64,000 nt of DNA, taken from contig CM039009.1 of the NCBI GenBank assembly GCA_017499595.2, forward strand, positions 1,178,001-1,242,000. The letters run 5' to 3'. Every line of letters begins with the position of its first letter. Positions within the stretch are counted from its first letter, which is position 1. This document shows positions 39,531 through 53,961 of the stretch, in pieces. The notes below the pieces were generated by a model. That model ran no database searches. It was not told where the DNA came from and saw nothing but the letters and a program-made list of their open reading frames with translations. Source of the stretch: Psilocybe cubensis (Eukaryota). The translations under genes and the position numbers were made by a program.

Positions 39531-41657
39531 CCAAACGCCTTTCTTTTCGTGCGTAGCTGTACTTCACTTTCTCAAGCTAATAGATATGTCATTATGAAAC
39601 CAAAATCGCAACAAAAACGGCTACCTCTAGACCGTAAAGCAGCTCAAAGATATGATTTCTAGAACACCCGCATTAAAATTCTGGCCAATAGTGTTCATGC
39701 AACTGTTGCAACACGATTCCATTCCTGCGCCACATCCGAAATACTCTACGCTGCCCAACATTGTGGAAAAGGTCTGAGAAAACCTCGTCAGCCGACCGTT
39801 GCTCAGGAATCGATGTGAGACGCCAACTAAATCAAAACGCTCGCCATCTGACTGTCCAAGCTTGGCATTGCAGAATTCCTCATCGGATCGCAGACCCTAG
39901 CCCAAATGCATCACTCTCATACGAATTCCAAATCATCAGAATCTCACCTCACGAAGGAGCTCCATGTTGTATTTAACCCGACAGGACACGCCCAAACTTC
40001 AAGGGGAAAATAGCCTGTCTAATGACGGAGGCAACGGAATAAGACTTGAACTCACAGACGCACCGTCAAATCAACCGCATGTGCTTCTTCGCCGACCACT
40101 CGGTTCTCCACAGTCCTTCCACCGATCTTCGACCCAAGTTTAAGGCCAGCCCAAGCTTGTATGCATATATTTCACTCAAAATCGTCCAACTTTTCACAAA
40201 GACCCTAAAATATAGACTCGGACACGCAAATGGACGAAAACTAGTGGGTTTGCACACAGCCAGTAGCATTCCCTCCTTCTCTTAATCTCCGACACTCAAC
40301 GCAAGTCCATCCGATATTTCAGAAAGGCACGGCGGCACGCAAAGTATCTGGTAGTAGGATCATCCTTTACGCGTTCGCAGGGAGCTTCCGACGGCCCTTC
40401 AATTTATAATGTGATGTATCTGCGCCCGGGAAGAGGTCAGGCCTCAGAACACCTACTACTTTTGCATATCAACCCCCAAACACGGCACGAAGGTGATAAT
40501 ACGCTTCCTACGAGCATTCTGCGCCTTTGCCGGTCTACAAAAAAAAACATTCCCGCCTGAATCACGGCTCTGGGGAAGATAACGAATCAGACATCGAAGA
40601 ATACGAAGACAAATCTACATTCTCTTCATACGCCCAGCCTCCCAAAATTCCTCTACTATTACTGTCATATTTCAACCTTCACATTCGCACGATAGGAACG
40701 TTATAATCTGTAGCATGCTATGCCATACATCCCCAATTCACCGTTAGCCCTCTATTCGACCCTCCGATGACCGCCTTTTAGTTCTCCTACTTCACCCCAT
40801 CTCTATAGCAAAGCTTGGTCTCTGAGATACGGAGCAAAGCACATCTCCTGTGGGCTATGTAGTAGATGCATTAGTAAATGTTGTATATTGAGTATGTTCT
40901 TCTCATTGCACCCGTAGAGAGTTATCTATTACACTGAAATGCCACAATTTCGTGAAAGGATGCAACGAATTTGTGCCTCAGATTATTCCATCGTGCATTT
41001 GACAGCTGGACTTGGTTTGACCGACAATGGCGGCTACAGTGGGAGATTTGTGCTAATAAAACAATTCTGGGTAAGCTGATATGTGGCGTACGACTTTTTC
41101 TTCTTCTTTTCTCTGCACAGTATTGTACAGATCTTTCTATTCGCAGGTATCCCGGAACTCTGACGACAACAGGCAAGTGTTAACATACTCGATATTAAAT
41201 TACCGATTTATAAATTATTTCCATGAAAAAATGGGATGTACAAAGTGTGTTAATTGCAAACCGGTTTAGTAGAAAGACTGATGGTAGCATGCCCAAGGAA
41301 GGACGAGAAAGAGAAAGAAAGTGACATGTTAGTAAACAAGAAAGGAAAAGCATAGATGATAGGTTGTTGAAAACATAGTAAATAGTAATAGGGAGTGGTT
41401 GGTTGGAAGTTTGAAAGGAATGTGTCGTGTGTACGTATGAAGCAGTTGTAAGTAGCAGTTGGAGGCATTTCGGTTATCCAGCTCGCGAGCCCAGGTATCA
41501 ATATTACGGTGAAAAGTGGTATATACGGGAAAGCGATCAGAACATAAAAAGAAAACAGACAGGTCAGAAGCTGAAAAGAAACACACACATATAATCAAAA
41601 TTTGCAACAGAGAGGAGATTTAACTTTGAATGTGTAATATCTTGATTTATATCCTTT

Positions 41658-44600
41658 CTACTCCTCGTCTTCTTCGATGACGTTCTGGAGGGGGGCACCG
41701 TGTTGATAGCGACCAGGGCTGCTTCGCCCAGTCTCTTCAAGAGGGATGCGAGGAAGATCTATTGCTAACGATTCAGAAGGTGACGGCCTTGGTGAAACTT
41801 TGGGGGAAGGTGTGGCCGTGAGGGAGCTTTCTTTAGGCAAAGAAGCTGTGCGGACGGGAAGACGGGAGGGAGCAAGGGGGGCGATGACGACAGGGACAAC
41901 GTTGATGGGGTTGGTCTTTGGAGAACCGCCACGCTCACGCTCCCGGTACATTTCGATGAGAGCTGCGGTTTTACTTGGCGTCGATGGGAGGCCATTATTA
42001 ACCGCAGGAGCTGCACCATTGTCTAATTTCAGATCCTGTAACCGATTGAGAGTTGCAACGGTTGATCTGACCGGGGCCTGAGGACTAGGCTGCTGGATGG
42101 TTGGCTGAGCAACAGGTGCGACAGGTGGAACGGGAAGTGGTCGAATTTCAGCAATATTGTGCACTTGTCCTTCTTCTTCATCTTCATCTTCGCTGTCATT
42201 GTTGGAAAGTTTCGCTCGAAGATTGTCTTCATCAATCATGGACTGTGTAGCATTCCGTCTTTCAGGATGGAGGTCGAAATAACCCAGACGGCGTTGGTTT
42301 CTGGCAGCTTGAAGGGCACTTAAAACTGCGGATTGCGGTTGGTCTCCATGATCCATCTCGGAATCATCGTAGGCAAGGCCCGACTCGCTGTCATAGTCTT
42401 CTTCAACATTGCTGGTTCTAGGAACCGTCTCAACCTCGTCAATATCATAATCATCCGAGAGATGATGGTCCATGCCATAATCCTGGTCGACACGCTCCAT
42501 CACACTCGAAGGAGACGGAGCACGGTTTTGAACAGCAGCAAGAACCTGAGCTACCTCCAGACTAGCATCGTCAGGATCCAAAGGCTTACTACCTTGCCCA
42601 CGTTTTCTGTCCGAGAACTCAGCCTCCTGGCCCCCCATCCTCCGGCTCTGACTCCCCACCAAGATGTCAACCCAGGCGTCCGCGCTCGATTCACGTCGCT
42701 TCTGCTTGACGTCTTCTGGTTCATTTGGATTGACATTTTCGTCATCGTCACTATAGCTGGCCATTCTGGTTTCAAAATCAACGCTTGAATAGGCAGCTGG
42801 GATCATTGACCTTCGATTCGAGCCGGGCGTCGTTGGAAGTCTAAACAACGATTTCTTCACGGACGGTGATGTTGTAGAGTCGGAATGCATCTCGTCGCTC
42901 TTCGGTGCAGCATGTGCCTCGGATTCAGCTTTAACTGTGGGCGCCGGTACCGTCTTTACAACGGGGGCTTGAGTTGCATGAGGAACAGGTAAGGGAGGCG
43001 GAGCGGTAGTTACTGGAGTTTGCAAACGTGAAGCCTTTGGATTGAGTGATAGAACTTTGGTGGAAGTTGTGCCATGAAGTAAACCTTCGAATTCAACTTC
43101 ACGAATAGAAGGGCTATGTGGAACATGCCCAACGACATAGGGACGACCATTAAGAGTCGGTGCCTGTTTCCAGGTCTTCTTGTTCGATGTAGAGAAAAGA
43201 GACGGCAAACGTCGGCGGTTGGATGATTTGATCGCTAGTTGCTCACGATATTCCAATGGAACAAATTCCTCGAACAAAAGAAGAGCTGTCGATGTACGAG
43301 GATCTGCACCGCCAGAAGCTGTCGTCCGAGAAGGCGGCAAAGACTTGTATTCGACCTAAACGAATAACGTATGAGTTATTAATAAAGATATTCACATACC
43401 AAATGAAAAAGACAAACTCACCAAAGCCCAATTGCAGTCTCTGTCAAGCATCTCACCCCTTTCAAGATCCATCCAACCGCCACCATAGATGAGATCGCAG
43501 AATACGTCCAGAAACGCTTCTTCAATGACTTCCTCGGTCCCAATAACAGGCTCAGTGTCCCAACCGAATGCTGGCAATTGCTTCTGTGTTTTCTTTAATT
43601 TCTTGGTCATTTCAGCGCTTTGTGCTGGCCATGACGAGATGGTATGTGTCAGAGGTGTGCTGAATTGGAGAGTAGCACTTAAAGGGGCATCCATGCGGGA
43701 GAACCCTGCAGAAGAAAAGTCGTTCCAGGACAACGTCTGCCGTTTAGCCGAGCGTTCCTGTAAATTAATGAATAAAAGATGCCGTAATTCAAGATAAAAT
43801 ATGACGCACTGTTCTTGCAGACTCTGTCAGGTCAAACTGAAGTTTCTTCTCGTCCCCAAGACCGCCGAATCCCATAGACTCGAATTCACCCCATTTCAGA
43901 TCCGTGAGACTCCTAAACTTATCTTCACCTTCTCGAACACCACTGAGGCCGAAATAATCTGATGTCGGAAGAAGGGAACTGTTGCCCGTGGAAGTTGAAG
44001 TAGTAGATAGATATGATGAGGTTGACTGGGATGGACTCATGTTTATAGCAGCACCCGGCGAAATATCTGGATTGAAGTTGGCTGGCATGTCCATCCTCTT
44101 CTTGTATCCTTCCGAGTAACGAGGAGCCAACTTTAATGTAGCGGGTGCAATTCTGTCCCATTCCTTCGAATTGGCGAGACCATTGCTAACATTTGATCCC
44201 GGTGGTCTGTATGCCCATGTAGATGCAGTTTTGACAAGATCCGGAGAATACATCCTGACGTTTCTGCGTACACTAGTGACGCGAACGGTACGGGCACCTC
44301 TGCGAGGCTGAGGCTTCTTTTGCTGGATATCGGGCAGCATGGAGGGGTATCCCTTAATCCACTCTTTGAGCCTGACAGGAACTCCCAGAGACGCTGCGCT
44401 GGCGGAAGGATTTGAAGTCTGTAGCACCCGAGGGGTGTCTTTCCATCGGACGAAAGAAAGAATGAGATGTTCCATGGCGCTGACAGCGCGTAAGTAATGA
44501 ATGTATGCATGATGGAAAGCAAGCGTGGCGGGGCCAAGGCCAAAGAAAAGAGGGCCAAAGAGCGGCGAAAGTGTTGGGGGTGTATGCCCTGATGAAGTAC

Positions 44601-45500
44601 TATTGGCGACTAGTCGAGAAAGCAAGTCGAGAAGTCGGACGATAATGGCTTGAAGAGGGGGCGGTAAAGGTGGCAGGAAATGTGTGGCAAAATGTATTGG
44701 AGGGTATTGAAGTGCTATGGAGAGTAGAGATTAGCCTATCGTCTGGTGGCACACCATGCCACAGAAAAAAGGCGACATGTAAGGGGATTCCACATACCTG
44801 CCTCTGATTCGCGGAACTCAACGTAGTGTTCCCATGAGACCAAACCACGGACGTCCTGACCACCAACAGATCTGATGACACGAGCCAGTCCCCATCGCAG
44901 ACACATCCCCAATTCATGAGGACCTGCAAATCTTGCTTCTTCCCTCCACTTTGCCTCCGCCTCCTGGGCTTTCTGACCAGAGAAAGATTCACAGGAACCA
45001 ATGAAACTGCGAATCAGACGTTTGATTGCAGATGACGATATGTCCAGGGCGGTCGTAGAAAAAATGAAGGGGGTCGTTATCCCACCGCGAGTCTCCAGTT
45101 CCTCCGCTACAACCTCTACCAGCCTCTCGACCTGCTCGATACCCAACACCACGTGTCGTTCATACGATAGGTACCCGTAATCGTGTTCTTTATGGTATTC
45201 TGAAGCATTGTCGTTTCGAGGTTTTTCGAGGTTTAAGGGTAGAAAAGCGCCATCTGGAAACTGTGGATCCAGAGGCTGCTCAGACTCTTCCCGACCAGAG
45301 GGAAAGGTTTTCTGAAATTTTTGGTCCTTCTTCTTGTCCTTTTTGGAAGGCGTGCCTAGGGTGACGCCGCGGTTGGAAAGACGGCTGTTGACCCTTCCAA
45401 ACTCATCGGAGGACCCTAGTCCATAGTTCTCGTCGGCGGGTAGATTATGTCGCTTCTGTGGTGTCGAGGTTGTGCGAGTACGAGAAAATAGGCTGGGCAT
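41658..45500 (-). CDS. Msb1/Mug8 (DUF1708, RhoGAP-like) domain protein with long disordered C-terminus
   Basis: VERLVEVVAEELETRGGITTPFIF...HELGMCLRWGLARV...GLVSWEHYVEFRESE...TLSPLFGPLFFG resembles the Msb1/Mug8 domain. GT-AG introns link ORFs 44736-45530, 43789-44625, 43392-43733 and 41658-43340. Confidence 0.75.
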
Positions 45501-45926
45501 CGGGTTGTACGATGAGAGGGTGGGCAACAAGAACTGAGAGCGTTGTTAACAACGACAGATCAGGGGGCTTCGGCAAATACCGTCTGCCCTGATATCCCTT
45601 TCAACCGACAAATGAAAAAATCTCTCGCGGAACGGCAAAAAGAAAATCTTCACAGAATGCTCTTGTTCCACAAATCATATATACTATCACCTGTGTGGCA
45701 TGTCGTCACTCCGTAAACCTGGTATGAACCCAGCCTTCACTTAAGAATAAGCAATTCCCTGATGGTGTCAAAATAACTTGTTCCATATCTACATGCTATT
45801 GATGTACAGATAGATCATAGAACAGGCATCGGACCAAGGCGTCTGTCTAGAGTCCTGCCCTGAACAGTGCAACGGCATAAACATCGCTCCGACAACAGGC
45901 TGAATCGGCTTCACATCACTGGTTTA

Positions 45927-46752
45927 TCAAGCCCTATAAGCCGGAGCTGGCACGGTTGTAGTCAGTGACGAAATGGAAGCGGGGCGCTCCTTAATTCTGT
46001 CCTTGAGCCTGTCGCCAGCTAGGAGTGGTCTAGGGAATCCGCCACTGACGAAGGCAGTTTTCGGTGGTCCCATGGACTATGAAATCGGCGTCAGCATCGA
46101 CGCTTGTCCAGAACATAGCCAATATCAACGTACATTCGAGTAGCCCGTAAAGGGATAGGCGTCTGGGAAAGTAACCTGTGAATGGGGAGCAGTGTGGTTT
46201 TGATTGATGCTGTGCGGTTTATAATTGCTGTAGTGTTGAGCTGTCGCAGGGTACATGGGCCCGCTCATCGGGGGCTGAGGGCTCATGCGGCCGTCCGCAC
46301 CTCCAGAGTAGGGACTCTTGTTTCCGCTGTACACTCTGGAAGGACCGGAGGTGGGATTGTACTCCGTCGCAATTATAGTAGGAGGGCCATCTACTTGACT
46401 AGCTTCGACATTATATTCCCTCTCCGAAGCCTCCGATCTTCTTCTATTTCGAATGACACATATCACGAGCGTGGCAAGCAGGACCAATACCAGAACTGGA
46501 TCATCAACAAAAACTGATTAACCACCACTTTCAAGCAGGGTCAGTGACATCAAACTTACGACAAGTAATAGCAATCGCGATCCGGATACCTCTCGGGACT
46601 CGATCTTTGCACGTCTGTTTGCCTGACCTTTTAAATGAAGCTTGTCAGTAAGCCACATGAACAACGATTGGTAAAAGGAAGTAAAACACCGCCACAGAGA
46701 GTAAATTGATACACTCCCAACCTCCAGAACGAATCAAGATATGACCGCCCAT
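45927..46752 (-). CDS. Small single-pass membrane protein, hypothetical (exon 1 boundaries uncertain)
   Basis: TM segment IRIAIAITCLLVLVLLATLVICVI followed by RNRRR, then a Pro/Ser/Tyr-rich tail. The last exon reads GPPKTAFVSGGFPRPLLAGDRLKDRIKERP...*. Confidence 0.55.
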
Positions 46753-47638
46753 GGCATGACACACCAGAAGCAGCGATGGAAAAGTGAAGACTCGACTTAC
46801 TCGTCTTTCGTACAAATGGACCAACTAAGTGCAGCATTAGTCGTCGGCAACGACGAGAAAGCAAGCAATCCCAAAGATAATAAAACAGCAGAATCTAGAA
46901 GAAGAAGCAAACCAGTTTAATCTTGGTTGACCGAAAGAAAAACCGTTTGAATGTACGCACTATCAATCATGTTCCAAAGGCTTTAACAAGCTCAACTAAT
47001 GATACCAGGGAGCCCAGGACTATTTCGTTACACTTGACGAACGATGAAAGAGTCAAATGCGTCCTAATGGCGTTACTGAAGGTTTTTATGATATGTAGAT
47101 TTTGTCGATGCTCGATGCGATACTCCGCTGGCCTGCAGACGGAGTGTGGTTGGGGGTGCCGATGAGGGTACGAGGTCAACTCGAGGAACTCGGGAATCCA
47201 TTTCCTCCAACAGTAACGGACAGTCATTCGGTTAACAGATGGGTGACAAAGCATTTGATGGCGCCCATCACGACGGACACTGCCTATGAGCTTCAATTGA
47301 GAAAAGTGATCTTCTCCAAAGTTTGAAGTTGAAACACCATCATAGCTTGCTGTATCACGCTTTGTGAAGACCAGCTGCCGGCTATTTTCCCAAACATTTG
47401 CCGTGTTTGTCAATTATTCAGATCCACAAATTCATGCGCCGCGCCGGCACTATGGGCGCCAAATTGAATCTTGTTGGCAGTGTGGTTTACCCAAAGATAA
47501 AAAAATCAATTTAGCATAGCAAAGCGTGCTTTTACATCTGTGTCATAACTATTATACAGAACATTAACTACATGAATAACAGCGTGAAAGCATGTGTGTA
47601 TCGCAAGGCGAGAGAGGGGATTCTGAGTCGGATGAAAA

Positions 47639-50602
47639 TCAATGCCAGGTCCTAGGTCTGGTGTCGCGGCAACAAATTAGTAATTAACACTCGAGCAAAT
47701 TAAAAAATGACTACACACCCAAAGAACTCGCCGTCTGCTACTGTCAGCAGTGTTTTGGATGTACCATCTGCAGTATTCCACATGACGCTAAAAGAAAGAA
47801 AATTTAAACAACTAATGATCACCAAACAGTAAGAACCGGTACTCACGTATTTCCCCACCAGTTCTGAAGACCAATACCGATGGAACCGTTTTTGGGATAT
47901 TGTAGAATGAAGAAAATAAGGACCGCGCTAACAGCAACACCAGAGTCGAGAGCAGCAGAGAGGACATAATTGTATTTAGTCCACCATGAGAAGTGGCGCC
48001 TTCGGATGACGTATTGGAAGATGAATCCAACAATTGCCCAAGGTACGTAGTTGACGGCACTCGCGGGAGGAATGAGACCAGTGCCGGAAAAGATAACAGG
48101 GAAGCTGAAGGCATGTCAGGAAAGCACAGTGCAAGGAATAAAAGAAAAACATACTTGAGGTAGCGGAGCCAGCTGTTGGGGAACTTCAGGCTCAGGAGAT
48201 AAGTGATGACTGGGCACACAATGCCAACGATGAAGAAAAGGCAGAGCGCTGAGATAAATGTCAGTTGACTAAACAAAAAAGGACGACTATCTTGACCACA
48301 TACCATAGTAGATCTGGCCCTTGGAGAATTGCCTAGCAGGTCCAATAACTCCCCAAATAACACTGGCGGTGCCGAAGGTCTCTGTGCTGGGGCAAATGAA
48401 GCCATCCTTCTGGCCAGGTGTGCACATGTCAGGGATGTTGGTGAACATCCACGCTTGAACACCCAGTTGAACAGTTCCAGCAATGACGGTTGCAACAACC
48501 TGACCCCAGAACATTGCCCTAAATAACATCAATGCGTAAGTCTACCGAGTATACCAAGCACACCGATAGAAACGGCAAACATACCTGGGAGGAATCTTCA
48601 TGTAATGGCCAAGCTTGAAGTCGGACGTGAATGTCAGTGCCTGAGCCATGGTAATGTAACCCCAAGTCTTGAACATCATCATGGCGACAGGGCGACCAGG
48701 AAGACCGTAACCAATGATCAACTCTGTGATGACGTTGAGACCGACTTGTTGATTCGTAATGGCCTGAATCATTCCAATGGGAATAACGTAGAAGAAGGCA
48801 ATCACGAGAGCAAGGATGAACCATTGGCTGAAGCAGAGCGTCAGAATAAAATTATTTGCACATAAACTGAACATACACAGGGAATTTAGTCTCCCAAACT
48901 TCAATAGAGACAACACCAAATACGAACATGACAACTGAGAAACCGATTTGTTAGAATTATGATATCAACAAAAAGCAGAAGCACATACCGAAGATTACAG
49001 CATACCACCATTCAGGGACCTGGGGATAATGTGACATCAAACGAGCATGGATATCTGGCTGTTCATGCATAGCACGGCGAGCCTGAGTCCAAATTTGCTT
49101 GCGGAAATACAGGAATGCGTGGGTGAGGGTGGCCGTGATCGAAGCAAACGACAGGCCGTAAGAAATGGCAAAGGTGGTAGAGATGAACAAAGGGCTATAG
49201 GCATCATATTCCTCTTGGTTGAAAGTCGTGTCTGGGTTGGTGATCCTGGTGACGTTGTAGGTGCTGCCAGTGTTATCGAAGGATCCACGAGAAGAGATGG
49301 GCATATACTTGCTGCTCCAGGTGTTGGTAAACTGTGTAACAATATAGAATGTCACTAATAAATTGATCAAATATTAAAATAATGCTTACGTGGAGAACGG
49401 GTGTGAGAAACCAGAAGAAGAATACGAATCCAGCGACGATGTTGGCTTCAGCCCACCAAGGCGTTGCAAGGGGAGATCCAATGTACGCAATCTGGGCCCA
49501 GTCGAAAGTAATGAGACTCATACCCATACCGTGGACATAACCGAACATCTCGTTCAGAGGAACATTGTCGGGGGCAATCCAGCATACCCAAGAGAAGTAG
49601 CTGAGAGCCTGGAAGAGATATCCGGGGAGAAGGTACCAAATAGCAGAGGCGGCGAAAGCGTAGAAGAAGAAACGCTCTCGGCTGATACCCCCGCGGTTAC
49701 CCACACCAGCATATGTTTGGGCATGCAAGGTATTGAAAAGTGCGCATGTAACCAGATTGGTAGGCCAGACTAGTGGAATTGATGATGAGTACTGATTTAT
49801 TGCTTTAAATAGTGTACTTACTCATCGACGGGGGTTGGACCAAGAATCGTCGAGCAATACCTCCAACAGAGAACCCAATAAGCTGGGTCGACATAACAAC
49901 CATCCATTGGTCTAACAATGATACGGTAAGAATGGAACCGCAAGATAAAATAATTAGACTTACAGCTGAAATTGAATGTTTGGTTGTAGTATACTCTCTG
50001 GACAGCGACAATGTCCGTGGCATAGGCACTGGAATAACCGACAGAGGCCATGATTGTAGAAAGTACGTGCTCCTTGATGGTGAAGGGACCTGGGTTAATT
50101 TCGACACCAAATATCTTTACGTTTGGAAGGAGGCGAGCCCATGCTCTTCCTAGAGGGAAGATTAACAGTTGGCCAACAATCTTGACAACTAATTAGATGT
50201 GGTATAAAATGAGCTAAGAGAAAACTTACCCCTGTAACAGTGACGGAAGGATAACGGAAGAAGAAAAACTGGTTGAGCCCAGGGATGATAATAGCCCAGA
50301 CGAGTCCAAGTACCCAAGCACGGAAAGTGTTGCAAGGAATGCTGGGGTCATCAGTGTTAGCTACGGCAGACCGAACTTCCGGGTATGGCGAATCGTCCTC
50401 CAAGATTCCAGCAAGCGCCTCATTCTTGTCGATGTTGGGGTCATCGAAGTCGGGCAAGGCAAGCTCCGCAATATGGGCTGTATAGGTTGTCAGTATTGTT
50501 AAGGTGCAGTATTGGAGCGGAAGGGGACTCACCCGGATCGCCACCGAGTTTCTCGATGTCGGAGGGCTGGCTCTCTTGCTTGGTGTCTTTGGAGAGAGAC
50601 AT
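47639..50602 (-). CDS. OPT-family oligopeptide transporter (Isp4/Opt1-like), multi-exon
   Basis: [38 protein letters not shown]-type segment, [43 protein letters not shown] and [12 protein letters not shown]. Confidence 0.95.
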
Positions 50603-53509
50603 ACTGGGAGCTGAAGCAACGCAAGCTTGCAGAATTGTCGAAGCATCGGGCTACTTAAAGAGAAACGAGGAAGTCAAGCATGTGGATTCTAAGATAAGAA
50701 CCCAATGTACATCGATGTGGCGAGATCTTCATTCGGAAGAAGAATCTGCATTGAAATTGTGTTGACATAGTGGCAGACATTTGGTTACACGCCTTCAGGA
50801 ACTCAAAACATGGTGTTAGCTCCAATGAACGAATGGAGCCTCATCCATTTTCTCCGTTACCTCGCGGACGGTCTCAATTAAGCGACAACTGCACTCATGG
50901 ACACTTTAGCATTTGTGTCGGAATATCGGTTTAGCTATCCCTCGGGGTTATTTGTGACATTCTTAAGGAGAAAAGAAGTCCCTATAGATATGATAAGTCA
51001 GTAGGTAGGAAGAGAACAGCAACTTCTACCTTGGATAGACTACATTCGAAGAAATCGAAGAGATAACAATAGTCACTCGAACAACTTCTGAGATCTAACT
51101 GTTTTCAAACGTTGAATGCTGTGTTTAAACAACGGCAGGAAGACTTCGTGGAAACGAGTTCGAAATTCTCGGAGACGATTCATTTTGACTACTTGTGGAG
51201 AATTGCCGAAAGTCGCGTCTGAATTTCTCGGAGAGGAAAGACGTCAATGGGGTCTAGTATGCTCCAAAAACATAGCAGCCATCACGAGGAGGGAGAGGAG
51301 TGAACCGATTTACCACCTCAAACTGCACACGACATGGAGGTGCACATGGTTTGTGTTAAACCCGCATCAAAAGGAAGCAGGATTCTTCATTGATCGTATC
51401 TTGCGATTAAACAAAAACACAAACAAACATTGTTGAACACAACTTAGATTTTATCTCCATATGTTCATGGACTTGACAACTTTAAAGGATTCCTTTTTGT
51501 ATGTCATGTCCTCAGCTTCATTATTATGTCTGAACCCTTCTTATTGGCCCTCAGAGATAGTGGGAAATAGAGAGGGGTAGCATGATCTGGTCAACTTGTA
51601 ATTCATATTTTTCCTCACCTTTGTCTCACCTTTGTATTTTCACCGACTCGGAGAACTAGAACTTCAATCCAAGGGGCGTGGCTTGACTTTTGTATTGAGT
51701 CGTCCATGTATCGATGTGAAATATCTTGGGTATCATCAGTTCTGGGTAACAACTAGACCTTTGAACTGCACTGCTGTCATGCAATCAGGTGTGAAATTCA
51801 TTGGCACTCATTATGCTCATTCTGTCCATCAAAAGAGTCGGAAGATACTGGCGAATACGTCCAATATGACGGGAACAAGATTTAGCATTGTCAGCTATCA
51901 GTCAACATATTTGTGTGTGAGAGTCTTGAACGAATACTACATGCATGACTTGCCGGCGGAGAATCCTACAATTTGTCAAGTGCTGCGTAAAAAGCTGTAC
52001 CTGACTTGAGAAGAAAAGAAGCGAAAACTAACAGTCGTTTCCTCTGAGGGATACTATTTTTCTCTTAAACCGGCTCTAAATAATAATCTAATTATGGCCT
52101 GTGCCTCAACGCGGAAGATTTTGTGAGTCCCGTTTATGTGTCCATAAAATTAATTGTGGGGCAGTAAGAAGAAGGAGCTACTGCTAGGACCGAACTCCGA
52201 TAAATTTAAATTACTCTTATTGAAGATACCGTGTCGTCCAATGTGAAAAGAGAGTAGGGCAACATATCGGAAACTATTATATCAGATGATACTTGCTCCA
52301 GACCTGGGTTACAGGCTGTTGCAGGGGAGTAGATGCACATGCTGATTTTACCCCTAGATTTAAACTTGACGTCGCATGCATAGATATCCTCCGATAAGAG
52401 GAACAGGACAAATGCTATCCGAAAGCAAACTGTTGGCGAGCTGAATTGAAAACGTCACATATGGAGATCTAAAAATAGATTTGATTTAAGGGCTTGGCGG
52501 GACGGTAGGGACTTTTCTACTAGATTTGCCATTGAATTCCATGCCGTAAACGATAAATGCAAGCCACATGCAGATATCCGCTTGACAAGAGATTCATGTG
52601 GCCTTCGCTATATTGTCGATAGGGCTTTTCAATCTAAGCGCCGGCAGTGTGAACAGATGCCCGCACTCACGCCTACCCACTACTCACGCATGCTAATAAT
52701 GTCGTGTGCAGTGTGTGTGTGAGAAAGGCCACATCTAGGCAACCTCAGGATCCAGAATAAATGATTGGAACTTGAAGAATGGAGAATTCAGCAAAAATCG
52801 TACATATTCTTCAATATCTTATTCCCTCTTCATTAGTTAAGTCAGTCACTGTTCAATATGCACCGTCACATGTGGCCGAAAAGTAATGATGAGACGTTTG
52901 AATGAGTACGAACGATATAGAAACGCATACAGAGAAGCACAAGGACCTCTCAAATCCACCGGGTTAACTAACACCTCGAACAATCGCAGTAAATTGAAAC
53001 GTACATATCGCCAGACGTCGCGAAAAATCGGAAAAATCGAACCCAAGCCCTCGGTATGCAGTGTGTTAATACATCAGGCGCTTTCAATTGTGGGAGTTGC
53101 AGGTAGGTTCTTCCCCACCTTTGTTTCGGTGGTGCACCCGACGTCGTGTTTATTCCGGCTCGGTAAGATGTATGATGCGAATTTTACTGGCAACCTGCCA
53201 GAACCCTTGGAAGATGAAAGCTTTTGAAATCTCTTGTGACAAAGACCCGTTTTCCTTATGAGGAACATGAGGATTGCGTATAACCTGGAAAGTTGAATAA
53301 AATTTATGTGAAGTTCTGATGTATGTAGTTCGGTGCAAAGCGATTCGGTGGTTGAGAACAACTTTTAATCACGACGAATAATAGGGGCTTGTAGCAGATA
53401 TAATTCCCACGCCACAAGTATGAGCATGATCAACGTGTCAACCGTCAACGACGCTCAAGGTCGTCCAGTCACCACGAGCTCAATCCATTTCAAACTTCAC
53501 GGCTAAGAT

Positions 53510-53889
53510 ATGGTGAGTCCAAAAGTTATCTGTTATTCACTACGAACACTCAACTAACGTCAATTTGTCAACCAGTCTGCTCTATTCAACTTCCAATCCC
53601 TGCTATTGGTGATTCTCTTATTCATTTGCACATGTACATATCTACGCGCCGTTGCTCCTTGGATGGTAGACCGCAATAAAGTCGGGTATGATTGAATTTA
53701 TAATTTGTCTTTTCTTTAACTTATGGGTCACAGTTTCCCCGGTTTACTGTTCAAGGCAGCCAGAATAGGCACGTACATGATTCTTACGCGCATACACTCA
53801 ATTTTCAACTTATTACTTCAGGAGAGCGGTTATCACCTTACGTCGGACTTGCCTGTGTCGCCATGGCGGTTACAATTCTTTTTAAATGA
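53510..53889 (+). CDS. KSH1: Kish/TMEM167 small Golgi secretory-pathway protein, 4 exons (absent from the ORF track)
   Basis: Spliced product is [71 protein letters not shown]. Exon 1 codes only the ATG. Confidence 0.93.
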
Positions 53890-53961
53890 TACACTATTAG
53901 CACAGCAATATGGACAAACGAGAAATAATTAGGGATCCGTTACATCTACTTCCTCCACCCA